From positions 104,232-168,231 of the forward strand of contig CAVVLJ010000002.1 of NCBI GenBank assembly GCA_963749075.1: a stretch of 64,000 nucleotides of DNA. Direction: 5' to 3'. The stretch is from an uncultured Pseudomonadota bacterium. GTDB lineage: Bacteria > Pseudomonadota > Alphaproteobacteria > JACZXZ01. Positions 48,007-57,393 of the stretch are shown one piece after another (the first letter of the stretch is position 1; each line of letters starts with the position of its first letter). The position numbers and the translations under genes are program-made. The notes beneath the pieces were generated by a model, which saw only the letters and a list, made by a program, of their open reading frames with translations, was not told the DNA's origin and made no database searches.

Positions 48007-48506
48007 CCCCGCTGCCGCCGCCGCTTGGCGCGGGCGAATTGGTGGCTTGGCGCCTCGATCAAGAGGCTTTTGCCGCGAGCTGGGACTCTGGCGAAGGTGC
48101 CTTCCGCGTCGGCGGCCGCTGGAATAGCCGCGGCGTGCGGACGGTCTACACGTCGCTCGATCCGGCCACGGCGATTCTGGAGGTCGCGGTCCACAAGGGA
48201 TTTACGGCGCTCGACACGGTCGCCCACGTGCTTACGTCGGCAACGGTCCTTGACCCAGGCAAAGTCCACGTCATTCAACCCGGGGATGTGCCGAATCCCA
48301 ACTGGCTGAGGCCGGGCATTCCCGGGGCCGGCCAGCAGGCCTTCGGTGACGCCCTCCTTGCGAAACACCCTTTCGTGCTCATCCCGAGCGCGGTGTCCAG
48401 CCATAGCTGGAACCTGATCTTCGTCGCCTCCGCCACCGCCGGGCTCTATGCACTCCGCTCACAGGAGCGCTTTGCGCTCGACACGCGGCTCCACCCGCCT
48501 CGGTGA
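48003..48506 (+). CDS. RES domain toxin
   Basis: WRL, GGRWN, VYTS, LE, PSAV, N: the R-E-S motif set; overlaps the antitoxin stop. Confidence 0.88.
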   Translation: MTPLPPPLGAGELVAWRLDQEAFAASWDSGEGAFRVGGRWNSRGVRTVYTSLDPATAILEVAVHKGFTALDTVAHVLTSATVLDPGKVHVIQPGDVPNPNWLRPGIPGAGQQAFGDALLAKHPFVLIPSAVSSHSWNLIFVASATAGLYALRSQERFALDTRLHPPR

Positions 48507-48639
48507 GGCTCGACAGGCGACCCGCCGCGTCTCTCGGGGTCCGCGCGGAAGTTCGCTTTGCGGCGTGAAAAGCAACCGCGGCATCGCGGGCGAGAGCCGA
48601 TTGGCAACAAACGCCAACCTTCGCGCCGCGCGGCGCTAT

Positions 48640-49168
48640 GGCGCGCGCCGCCGCGCCTGGCCGCTTGGAAGAGGCTCTTGAGAGCTTCGAGGCGCGCGTT
48701 GGAATGGGATGAGGCCCGGCGCTGGACGAGACGCCCGATGTGGGATGCGAAGGCGCGCAGGGCGCGCCGGACGGGCTCGAGGAGCGGCCCCGGGTCGAGG
48801 GCGAGGCCGGTTTGGTCGATGAAGCGGGTAATGCGCCGGCGGGCGACCTGTGCTCCGGCGGCCTGTCAGCGACGCCTGCTCGAACGAGAGCGTGAGCCGG
48901 CTGCCCGGCCGCGCCCACGGCAGCAGCACCCGCTTCACCCCGTGCTCCGGGCACTCGACCCGCGGCACCCGCGCCGCGATGAAGCAGTGGTGCTGCAAGA
49001 AGTTCAGATGCTGCCAAGTGAAGCCGGCAAAGTCGTGCAAGCCAAGCCCGAGCGCAAACACATCCCGCGCGTCCATCCCGCCCTCCCATGCCGAAGCCGA
49101 GGCAGCATGGAGAGCGCCGAAGCGCTATGCAACTCGCCGCCGGATTCCGCTTGGAACATCGAGGAACC
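48640..49168 (-). mobile_element. ISL3-family remnant 1 (internally deleted)
   Basis: End GGTTCCTCGATGTTCCAAGCGGAA at 49168; fragments MDARDVFALGLGL, WQHLNFLQH...RVECPEHGV...PWAR and SNARLEAL..LFQAA. Confidence 0.75.
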
Positions 49169-49169
49169 G

Positions 49170-49320
49170 CTTCTTTCCATGCGGTGCTCGGCCGTGAGAT
49201 GGCGGATGATGGGCTCGCCCGCAGCGCGGTGCTTCATCTCGCGGCGCAGCGCGCGCGTCGTGCGCCGCACCTGGCCCGTGATCCAGACGCGGAACTTGTT
49301 CGGACGGTCGTGGCCGCATC
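49170..49320 (-). pseudogene. IS5-family transposase fragment
   Basis: FRVWITGQVRR...REMKHRAAGEPIIRHL..EHRMER resembles the IS5 C-terminal RRAAVEPVIGHLK region. Confidence 0.6.
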
Positions 49321-49405
49321 GATTACTCACTCACGCCCAGATCCGACTCTCGATCAACGGCTTGGGCAATCTTCGCGGACGACCCATCAGCAGCCTTTCC
49401 TCCTC

Positions 49406-50416
49406 CTATTCCGATATCTTTACCACGGATGAGGCTGTAGTTTGCTTTTGATACGACCCCAAGTAGTCACGCAGGAATTTGAAGAATATCCCCTTTAAAA
49501 GAAGGCGGTCCACGAAGACCAGTATGCAAATTGGAATTACTACAAGGCCCGTGAGCGTGGCCACTGGCGAATTTGAGCCCAAAAATTTACCAATTCTCTC
49601 ATAGTAATATAAGCCCAACGCAACGAGCAGCGAAAATAAAACAAACAAAGTAACAGCTCTGGAAATAACGATCGTCTTATAAGCATAGTTCGCGTTGCGA
49701 TTCTTCTCGGTGGGGATTGCCGTCATCTTCTCGGTAGGGATTGCCGTCAATTGTTCAATTAACTGCTTTACGGGACTGAAACTGGAAATGTAGGCATCGT
49801 CTCGATTTGCATCTTTTGTTTTGCCAGTTTCTTTATCCGAAACGAGCATCCGATCCGAAATCAATAGCGGAATTGTGCAACTATGGACAAAGTTATCGAG
49901 TTGGTGATCATCGCCAACTCCTATAGTGATATCGTATTTCTTAACACGGTTTTCGACGAATGTTCTCTTTTGATTTGGATTAATTGGCGTTTCGCATGAT
50001 TCTATTTTGTCATTCTTATCAAATTTATATATAGAGCAATAAACGCGCTCCGCCGGGATACCATACTCTTCGGCAAGTGAGTCTATATAATAATTTGGCC
50101 CACTGGAAACAAGATACACATGGATTTTACTGGCTTCGGGGTTTTTATCGTCTTTATTTCCTAAGCTTAAAAACTGACGAGCGAAATCCCGCAATTTTAC
50201 TTTACGATATGTTTCCCGAGCTTGACCCCGAGAAAATCCCCTGTTCGCGAATAGCTTTGATATATTATCACCAAATGTTCCAGATTCCTGAGTTTTCTGG
50301 AACTCCGTTTCAACGGGCTCGTACTCTTTTACGCATCCGAGTGCTTCTGCGTATATTCTTTGAATGAATCCTTCTGTGAGCGTGTGATCAACATCGAGAA
50401 ATATGCCTATGTTCAT
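49406..50416 (-). CDS. Low-GC HAD-superfamily (phosphoserine phosphatase-like) protein with two C-terminal TM helices
   Basis: FLDVDHTL (motif I), VSSG (II), K, GVGDDHQLD (IV); AGAGGAGG SD; markedly AT-rich compared with flanks. Confidence 0.8.
   Translation of the reverse strand: MNIGIFLDVDHTLTEGFIQRIYAEALGCVKEYEPVETEFQKTQESGTFGDNISKLFANRGFSRGQARETYRKVKLRDFARQFLSLGNKDDKNPEASKIHVYLVSSGPNYYIDSLAEEYGIPAERVYCSIYKFDKNDKIESCETPINPNQKRTFVENRVKKYDITIGVGDDHQLDNFVHSCTIPLLISDRMLVSDKETGKTKDANRDDAYISSFSPVKQLIEQLTAIPTEKMTAIPTEKNRNANYAYKTIVISRAVTLFVLFSLLVALGLYYYERIGKFLGSNSPVATLTGLVVIPICILVFVDRLLLKGIFFKFLRDYLGSYQKQTTASSVVKISE
49702..49749. repeat. 2 x 24-bp in-frame tandem repeat (TAIPTEK-M-TAIPTEK)
   Basis: TCTTCTCGGTGGGGATTGCCGTCA / TCTTCTCGGTAGGGATTGCCGTCA. 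Confidence 0.9.
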
Positions 50417-50542
50417 GCCGATCCTCCTCTGGAATAGCCTAAGCGCGGGCGTATCCATCGGTCATCCCACAACCGCCAGTGTTGCATATTTCTCGCCGCC
50501 GACGCAACTGACGATGAATCCTGGTATAGCCAAATTAATTTC

Positions 50543-51034
50543 GTCTCTTCGACGCTCCAAGTGGATTTGAGGATGTCGGGGAGCAGGGCAGCAAGCAAGT
50601 AGATGATGGTGACGAAAGTGGCGCCGGTTCGATAGCCGCTGGCGCGAGCTCTGGCCGCTTGGAAGAGGCTGTTGAGGGCCTCGGGGCGCGCATTGGAAGC
50701 GGCACCCGCGCCGCGATGAAGCAATGGTGCTGGAAGAAGTTCAGATGCTTCCAAGTGAACCTGGCAAAGTCGTGCGCCTTACAGCCACGACCGCACCCCG
50801 GGCAGGCGAACGGCGCACCCCGCCCCGCGATCACCTCCAGGTGCAGCTCATGCGGCCGCTTCTCAGTGTCCAGACGCTGCCCCGCAAGCTTCCAAGGCGC
50901 ACTTAAGCCGAGCCCGACCGCAAACACATCCCGCGCGTCCATCCCGCCCTCCCATACCGACGCCAAGGCAGCATGGAGGGCGCCGAACCGCTATGCAACT
51001 CACTGCCGGATTCCACTTGGAACATCAAGGAACC
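50543..51034 (-). mobile_element. ISL3-family remnant 2 (MITE-like, both ends retained)
   Basis: Ends GGTTCCTTGATGTTCCAAGTGGA (51034) and GTCTCTTCGACGCTCCAAGTGGA (50543); Zn-finger CPGC N-terminus fused to the NARPEALNSLFQAARARASGYR C-terminus. Confidence 0.8.
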
Positions 51035-51148
51035 CGTAAAGGCTTATTGGAGCATTTATTCAGCTAATCCGTTCAGCAAAATCGGTCAACGACCGACCTT
51101 CGAGCGAAGCGATCCCAAGAACATCGCGTACGGCCGAGCCGCGCCGGA

Positions 51149-52444
51149 CTACCCCTCGATATTCTCCGCCACCCGCCGCTGCAACTCCGCAATGTCAATC
51201 TGATCGACGGCGCCGCTCCCCATGAGGTCGAGCGCGTGGGCCGCGGCGGCGCCCATGGCGATGCAGGGGCCCATGACGCGCACCGAGGCGAGCGCTGCGG
51301 GCTCGCCGTCGATGACGCGGCCGGCGGCGACGAGGTTGTCCGCCTCGCGCGGCAGCATGGCGGCGAGCGGCACGTAATGCATGTGGTCGTCGCCGAAGAC
51401 CTCCCAATGCACGCCCTCTTTGCGGTCGTGGAGCTCGATCGGCCAGGAGCAGCGCGCGATGCGGTCGGCGAATTTGACGCCCTCGCGCACCTCGGCGGTC
51501 GTGAGCTGGTGCCGGCCCTCGATCCAGCGCGTCTGGCGCACGCCGGGGAGGCCGTAGCTCCTCACGCGCGCGCGGGCGAAGGCCGAGGGGAACTCGGCCG
51601 CGAGGAACTTCACGAGGCGGTCCGCCTGGGCGCGGCCCTCGAGCACCATGCGCGAGGCGCCCACGGGATCGAGCGGCGTCTCGATGTGCGTCATGTTGAC
51701 CAGCACCTCGTCGGCCGTCTCGCTCTCGCCGGGGAAGGCGAAGGCGAAGCCGTCGCAGCGTACGAGGCCGTAATCCTTGCCGCGGCTCGCGAGCCGGGCG
51801 TGGAGCTCGGGGAAGGAGAGGGCGGCGAGGCCCGCGCGCGCCACGCCCTCGAGCGAGAAGACGAGGGTGCCGTAGATGGGCTCCAAGGGCTCGCGCACGG
51901 CGAGGCCCGCGGTCCAGGCAAGTGCTGCGTCGCCCGAGGCGTCGACGAAGCCCTGCGCCTCGACGCGGAGCGCTCCGTAGCGCGTAGCTAACAGGAGCGC
52001 CTTGATGCGCCGCCCGTCGCGTTCGACCGCTGAGAGCACGGCACTCAGCACCGGGATGACGCCGGCGGCATGCACCGCCTCCTCGATCCAGCGGCCGAGC
52101 GCCGCCACCTTGTACTGCACCACGGTCGTATTGCGCCGGTGCTCAAGGTAATGGAGGGCGCCTGCGCTGCCGAGGTCGGCGAGGATGCGGTCGGCGATGC
52201 CGTGGGTCACCTGGCGCGGCTCCGGCCCGTTGGCGAAGAAGCCGCAGAAGGTGCCGATCATGGCGCCGACCGACTGGCCGCCGAGCGCGGGGGCGGCGTC
52301 GATGAGCACGGTGCGGCGGCCGAGCGCTGCCGCCTCGAGGGCCGCCGAGACGCCGGCGATGCCGGCGCCGAGCACGGCGATCTCCGCCTCGAGGCGCTGC
52401 GGCGGTGTCGCCTCGCGCCGATACGTGCGCGTGCCCTCCGTCAT
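51149..52444 (-). CDS. FAD-dependent oxidoreductase
   Basis: GAGIAG, DASGDA, VRQTR, AAGR, RVMGPC. Confidence 0.88.
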   Translation of the reverse strand: MTEGTRTYRREATPPQRLEAEIAVLGAGIAGVSAALEAAALGRRTVLIDAAPALGGQSVGAMIGTFCGFFANGPEPRQVTHGIADRILADLGSAGALHYLEHRRNTTVVQYKVAALGRWIEEAVHAAGVIPVLSAVLSAVERDGRRIKALLLATRYGALRVEAQGFVDASGDAALAWTAGLAVREPLEPIYGTLVFSLEGVARAGLAALSFPELHARLASRGKDYGLVRCDGFAFAFPGESETADEVLVNMTHIETPLDPVGASRMVLEGRAQADRLVKFLAAEFPSAFARARVRSYGLPGVRQTRWIEGRHQLTTAEVREGVKFADRIARCSWPIELHDRKEGVHWEVFGDDHMHYVPLAAMLPREADNLVAAGRVIDGEPAALASVRVMGPCIAMGAAAAHALDLMGSGAVDQIDIAELQRRVAENIEG

Positions 52445-53253
52445 CGCCAGCGCAAGAGCCAGGCCTCGAGCCGCGAGAGCGCGAAGCCGATGAGGAGGCC
52501 GAGCAGCGAGAGCACCGCCACGCCGGCCAGGAGCTGGTCGACGCGCAGGAGATTGCCCGCCTCGAGGAGGAAGGCGCCGATGCCGCGCCTGGTCGCGATC
52601 ATCTCGGCCGCGACCACGAGGATGAGGGCGATCGAGGCCGTGATGCGGAAGCCCGCGAGGATGCCGGGGAGTGCTCCCGGCACGATCACCTTGGCGACGA
52701 TCGCCGCCCACGGCAGATCGAAGCTCTGCGCCATGCGGATCAAGTTGCGCGGCACCGCGTCGACGGCCGAGAAGGCGGTGATCGCGGTCGGGAAGAAGAC
52801 GCCGAGCGCGATCGTCGCGATCTTCGCCGGCTCGCCGATGCCGAGCCAGAGGATGAGGAGCGGCAAAAGCGCAATCTTGGGGATGGGGAAGAGGGCCGAG
52901 ACGATCGGCAGGCCCGCCGCGCGCGCCGCACTGAAGATGCCCATGGCGAGGCCGAGGGCGAGGCCTCCTGCGGTGCCGAGGAGCCAGCCGCCGACGATGC
53001 GCCAGAGCGAGGCCGAGAGGTTCAGCCAGAGCGTGCCGTCGGCGGCGAGGCGCCAGAGGGCCTCGCCGACCGCGACGGGGCTCGGCAGGAAGAGATCGCT
53101 TACCAGGCCGAAGCGGCTCACACCCTCCCAGGCGGCAAGCACGGCCAAGAGGCTCAAGGCGGCCACGCGCGGCCGCGCCGAGATCACGAAGCCGCCGCCG
53201 CGGAAGCGCATGGCGGCCGCAGGCTCCGCTCCGGATGAGGCGATGTCAGTCAT
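52441..53253 (-). CDS. NitT/TauT ABC transporter permease
   Basis: PIPKIALLP, PGALP, VAAEM. Confidence 0.9.
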   Translation of the reverse strand: MTDIASSGAEPAAAMRFRGGGFVISARPRVAALSLLAVLAAWEGVSRFGLVSDLFLPSPVAVGEALWRLAADGTLWLNLSASLWRIVGGWLLGTAGGLALGLAMGIFSAARAAGLPIVSALFPIPKIALLPLLILWLGIGEPAKIATIALGVFFPTAITAFSAVDAVPRNLIRMAQSFDLPWAAIVAKVIVPGALPGILAGFRITASIALILVVAAEMIATRRGIGAFLLEAGNLLRVDQLLAGVAVLSLLGLLIGFALSRLEAWLLRWR

Positions 53254-54019
53254 CGATGCGTTCGCGCTCGGCTTCGAGCGCCTCCCCTCTAATGAGATGC
53301 CAGAGATGCTGCTCGAGCTCGGCCATCGCGCGCGCGGCCGCGGGCTCGGCGCGCTCGGCGCGGGGCAGCGCGACTTGCAGGACCTCGCGCACGCGGCCCG
53401 GACGGCGCGAGAGCACCGCCACCCGGTCGCCGAGCCGCACGGCCTCGGCCAAGTTGTGGGTGACGTAGACCGCCGTCACGCGGGCCTCCTGCCAGAGTGC
53501 TAGGAAATCCTCGATGAGGAGCTCGCGCGTCTGGGCGTCGAGGGCCGAGAGCGGCTCGTCCATGAGGAGTATCTCGGGCTCGACCACGAGCGCCCGTGCA
53601 ATGCCGACGCGCTGGCGCATGCCGCCCGAGAGCTGGCGCGGATAGGCGTCCGCGAATTCGGCGAGCTTGGTGCGCGCGAGCACGGCCTCGACGCGCTCGG
53701 CCCGCTCGCGCCCGCCGAGGCCGTGGTGCTCGAGGGCGAAGGCGACGTTGCCCGCGACCGTGCGCCAAGGGAGGAGGGCAAAATCCTGGAACACGTAGGT
53801 CAAGGGGTTGAGCGAGGCCGCGCGCGGCGCGCCCCTCAGCGCCACGCGGCCCTCGCTCGGCTTGAGGATGCCGCCCATGATGCCGAGGAGCGTCGACTTG
53901 CCGCAGCCCGAGGGTCCTACGACGGCGAGGATCTCGCCGGCCGAGACGCTCAGGTCGATGCGCTCCAAGGCCCGCACCTTGCCGTAAGCATGGCCGACCC
54001 CTTCGACGAGCAGGTCCAT
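53246..54019 (-). CDS. NitT/TauT ABC transporter ATP-binding protein
   Basis: GPSGCGKS, LSGGMRQR, DEPLSALD. Confidence 0.92.
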   Translation of the reverse strand: MDLLVEGVGHAYGKVRALERIDLSVSAGEILAVVGPSGCGKSTLLGIMGGILKPSEGRVALRGAPRAASLNPLTYVFQDFALLPWRTVAGNVAFALEHHGLGGRERAERVEAVLARTKLAEFADAYPRQLSGGMRQRVGIARALVVEPEILLMDEPLSALDAQTRELLIEDFLALWQEARVTAVYVTHNLAEAVRLGDRVAVLSRRPGRVREVLQVALPRAERAEPAAARAMAELEQHLWHLIRGEALEAERERIDD

Positions 54020-54032
54020 GGTTCCCCGGACT

Positions 54033-55049
54033 TCACTTGGGCATATCGAGATGGCCCTTGATGAAGGAGAGATCGAGGAAAGTCTTGGCGTCGACCGATT
54101 TGTCGAGCAGGCCCTGGGCCTGGTACCAGGCGACCTGGTGATAGACGTCGGCGACCAGGAGGCGGCCTTCAGGGTCGATGAAGGCGATGCTCTTGGCCAC
54201 CTGCTCGGGCGGCTGTCCGATGTATTTGCCGATGAGCGCGAGGGCACTGGCGCGCTCGGGCCCGCCCACCACCTTGCCCGCGGCGTCCTTGGCGAGGAGC
54301 TGGTCGTAATAATATCGCGCACCCTTCTGGTAGGCGCGCACGAACTTCTCGAGCGTCGCGCGGTGCTCCGCCACTTCCTTGGGCGAGGTGAAGAGGGCAC
54401 CCAGCTGCCACGGCGTCTCGTCGCCGACCCAGCCGAGGAGATGCGCCTTGCCGCGCTCGACGAGCGGGACGGCCGTGGTCGCGGGCATGAGCGCGCCGTC
54501 CACCTGGTTGCCCTCGAGGGCGGAGGCCATGTTGGGCAGCGACTGCATGGGGACGAGATCGACGGAGGCGAGCGGGAAGCCGAGCTTCTGGGCGAGGAGG
54601 CCCAACGAATAGTGGAAGCTCGAGCCCACTTGCGTGATGGCGATCTTCTTGCCGGGGAAGTCCTTGAGGCTCTTGAAGCCGGCGTCATAGGCCTTGTCGG
54701 CGGCGACGTAGGCGATGAGGCGATAGCCCGGCTCCTCGCGGCTCTGGGCGCCGATCACGGTGATGCCGCCCTTGCCGGCGAGGCTGAAGAAGCCGGCGGT
54801 GAAGGCGGTGACGCCCACGTCGATGTCGCCCGAGACGACCGCCACCGCCACGGGCTGCGCCGCCTGGAAGTAGACGAGCTTGGCCAAGAGCCCCTCGTCC
54901 TTGAAGTAGCCCTTGTCGTCGGCGATGAAGATCGGCCCGCTCGAGGCGAGATGCAGCACGCCGATCCTGATCTCCTCGGCTAAGGCGCCCGCGCTCCCGA
55001 GAACCAATGCAAGGAGACAACAGCAGGCAAGAAACAAGCGCTTGAGCAT
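54033..55049 (-). CDS. NitT/TauT ABC substrate-binding protein
   Basis: Signal peptide, KGYFKDEGL, GKKIAIT. Confidence 0.88.
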   Translation of the reverse strand: MLKRLFLACCCLLALVLGSAGALAEEIRIGVLHLASSGPIFIADDKGYFKDEGLLAKLVYFQAAQPVAVAVVSGDIDVGVTAFTAGFFSLAGKGGITVIGAQSREEPGYRLIAYVAADKAYDAGFKSLKDFPGKKIAITQVGSSFHYSLGLLAQKLGFPLASVDLVPMQSLPNMASALEGNQVDGALMPATTAVPLVERGKAHLLGWVGDETPWQLGALFTSPKEVAEHRATLEKFVRAYQKGARYYYDQLLAKDAAGKVVGGPERASALALIGKYIGQPPEQVAKSIAFIDPEGRLLVADVYHQVAWYQAQGLLDKSVDAKTFLDLSFIKGHLDMPK

Positions 55050-55237
55050 TCTCAATCCTCCCGGGCGCCGCGGTCAGGCGCGTCTGATTTGCGCCGACGC
55101 TAGCGGAATCGGGCGAGTGGCGCAAATACTTGAGGTCGTCCGGCGGATGAAGACGAGACCGCATGCCTCTCGCGCGCGACGATGCAGGGCAATGGCCCGG
55201 GCTTGTGGTTCACCGCCGCGCGTAGTATGTTTCTGCC

Positions 55238-55525
55238 GTGATCGTCTCCTGGCGCAACGCGGCCAGCCGGAAGGTCTGGGAGGGGGAGAAGCCCAACCAG
55301 TTCCGCGGCCTCGATTTCGAGCAGGCCGTCGATCTTCTTCTCGCACTCAATGTCGCTCGCTCCCTCGGCGATCTCAGTCCGCTCAAGAGCGTCGGGCTGC
55401 ATAAGCTGAAGGGCGATCGTCACGGCCAGTGGGCGATGACGGTCAACGGCCCTTGGCGGATTTGCTTCGAGTTTCGCAAGGGCGACGCTTTCGCCATGGA
55501 GATTGCCGACTATCACAGAGGGTAA
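55238..55525 (+). CDS. higB: HigB (plasmid maintenance killer-type) toxin
   Basis: LHKLKGDRHGQWAMTVNGPWRICF...DYH. Confidence 0.9.
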   Translation: MIVSWRNAASRKVWEGEKPNQFRGLDFEQAVDLLLALNVARSLGDLSPLKSVGLHKLKGDRHGQWAMTVNGPWRICFEFRKGDAFAMEIADYHRG

Positions 55526-55818
55526 TGGCCATGACCCCCGTAGCACATCCCGGCCGGCTGCTGAAGCGTGAGCTGAAGGCGCTCGGCGTAAGCGCAAATC
55601 GGCTGGCGCTCGACCTCGGCGTGCCGTCGGGGCGGATTACCGACATCCTCAATGGGCGGCGCTCGATCACCGCCGACACCGCCGTCCGGCTTGGCCGGCA
55701 TTTCGACAATGGTGCTGCGTTCTGGCTTGCGCTGCAGAGCCAATACGAGATCGCCGTGATCGAGCGGGAGCGCGGAGCCGAGATCGCCCGCCGGGTCCGC
55801 CGCGCCGACGCGGCCTGA
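55525..55818 (+). CDS. higA: HigA antitoxin
   Basis: HPGRLL...ITADTAVRL...FWLALQ. Confidence 0.9.
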   Translation: MAMTPVAHPGRLLKRELKALGVSANRLALDLGVPSGRITDILNGRRSITADTAVRLGRHFDNGAAFWLALQSQYEIAVIERERGAEIARRVRRADAA

Positions 55819-55823
55819 ATCTC

Positions 55824-56393
55824 TCACGCGCCCGGCCCGCGCCATTCGACGAGGGAGGAGCTGGGCGCCTGGCGGAGTGCCGTAGGGACGCCGCCCTGGG
55901 GCGTGCCGAGATAGAGGAAGCCCACGATCTGGTCGCTTTCCGCGAGACCTAAGGCGCGCTTGACGCGCGCGTCGTAGGCGGAAGCGCCGGTCCTCCACAT
56001 CGCACCATAGCCGAGGGCGTGCGCCGCCACGATGAGGTTCTCTACGGCGGCACCCACGGCGACGATCTGCTCGACCACGGGAATCTTGTGCCCGGCCTCG
56101 AGCTTCGCCGCGGCGACGAGGACGAGGGGCGCGCGGAGCGGCTTCTGGCGCTCCTTCTCGAGAAGGGCGGGCAGCACCTGGGGCTCGCGCGCGCGCAAGG
56201 CGTCCGCCAGCACCTCGCCGAGGCGCTCGCGCGCGGCACCTCGCACCGCGAGGAAGCGCCAGGGCCTGAGGCGGCCGTGGTCGGGGGCGGCCACGGCGGC
56301 GGCCAGCATGCGCTCGAGGGCGGCCGCGTCGGGTGCCGGCTCGACGAGGGCTGCGGCGCTGACGCGCGTGGTAAGGGCAGTCAGGGCGTCCAT
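55824..56393 (-). CDS. Nitroreductase (YdjA-like)
   Basis: RVS, APDHGRLRPWRF, WRTG, GFLYLG. Confidence 0.9.
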   Translation of the reverse strand: MDALTALTTRVSAAALVEPAPDAAALERMLAAAVAAPDHGRLRPWRFLAVRGAARERLGEVLADALRAREPQVLPALLEKERQKPLRAPLVLVAAAKLEAGHKIPVVEQIVAVGAAVENLIVAAHALGYGAMWRTGASAYDARVKRALGLAESDQIVGFLYLGTPQGGVPTALRQAPSSSLVEWRGPGA

Positions 56394-56514
56394 GGGATCG
56401 CTCGGTCTCGTGGGGGCGGCGCCTCTATGGAGGAGGCGGGGCCAAGGGTGTATATCTATCGAGGATGCGGAAGCCGGGCAAGGAGCGGAACCGGCCTCGA
56501 GAGGAGAGAGAGCG

Positions 56515-57246
56515 ATGGCGAAGAGCGATTTCCGCGCGGCCCTGGAGGCTGCCATCACCGCGCGCCATTCGAGCGTGCATCCCTGGAGCGAGGCGTGGGT
56601 GAGCGGCAAGCTCTCGAAGCGCCTGCTCGGCGAATGGGTGAAGCAGCACTATCATTACGTGAGCCATTTCTCCGAGTGGCTGGCGACCGTCTACGGCAGC
56701 TGCCCCTTCGAGGAGGTGCGCGATTTCCTCCTCGAGAACATGGCCGAGGAGGAGGGGGTGACCGGCCAGGCGGGCTTCCCCGCGGTGCGCCACACCAAGC
56801 TGCTGCTCGATTTCGCCGAGGCCTGCGGCAAGCCGCGCGCGGAGATCGCGGACGCGCAAAGAAACGGCGAGCTCCTGCCCGAGACGCTCGGTCTGCAGTC
56901 CTGGTGCGCGGTGCAGGCCCATAAGCCCTCTATCGAGGCGCTCTCGGGCCTCCTCGTCGGCCTCGAGTCCCAGGTGCCGAAGATCTACAGCAAGACGACG
57001 CCGCCGCTCGTCGAGAAATACGGCTTCACCGAGGAGGAGATCGTCTTCTTCCGCCTCCACATCGTGGCCGACGAGGAGCATGGCGAGCGCGGCTTCGAGA
57101 TCGTGGAGAAATACGCGACGACGCCCGAGGCGCAAGACGCCTCTGTGCGCGCCGTCAAGGAGGCGACGCTCATGCGCCGGCTCTACCTCGACGGGCTCTA
57201 CAACAAGTACCTCGCCCAGCCCCAGGCGCGGGCGGCGGCGGAGTAG
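56515..57246 (+). CDS. CADD/PqqC/TenA-like heme-oxygenase-like diiron protein
   Basis: ENMAEEE...H, GLES, HIVADEEH metal ligand set; GAGGAG SD. Confidence 0.8.
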   Translation: MAKSDFRAALEAAITARHSSVHPWSEAWVSGKLSKRLLGEWVKQHYHYVSHFSEWLATVYGSCPFEEVRDFLLENMAEEEGVTGQAGFPAVRHTKLLLDFAEACGKPRAEIADAQRNGELLPETLGLQSWCAVQAHKPSIEALSGLLVGLESQVPKIYSKTTPPLVEKYGFTEEEIVFFRLHIVADEEHGERGFEIVEKYATTPEAQDASVRAVKEATLMRRLYLDGLYNKYLAQPQARAAAE

Positions 57247-57262
57247 CGGGGCGCCCCGTTCG

Positions 57263-57363
57263 ACCCCCCGCCCCAACCCTCCCCCTCAAGGGGGGAGGGG
57301 CTCATCGAGCGAGCCAATTCGACGCTTCCCTCCCCCCTTGAGGGGGAGGGTAGGGTGGGGGGT
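57263..57363. repeat. REP-like inverted pair
   Basis: Same family as 41312-41409. Confidence 0.85.
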
Positions 57364-57393
57364 ACGGTTTCGGACGATTACGAGCAACCGTAG

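Noticed and set aside
18763-57363. Palindromic repeats as a possible CRISPR array
   Set aside because: Dispersed, not tandem with unique spacers, and no cas genes in the window.
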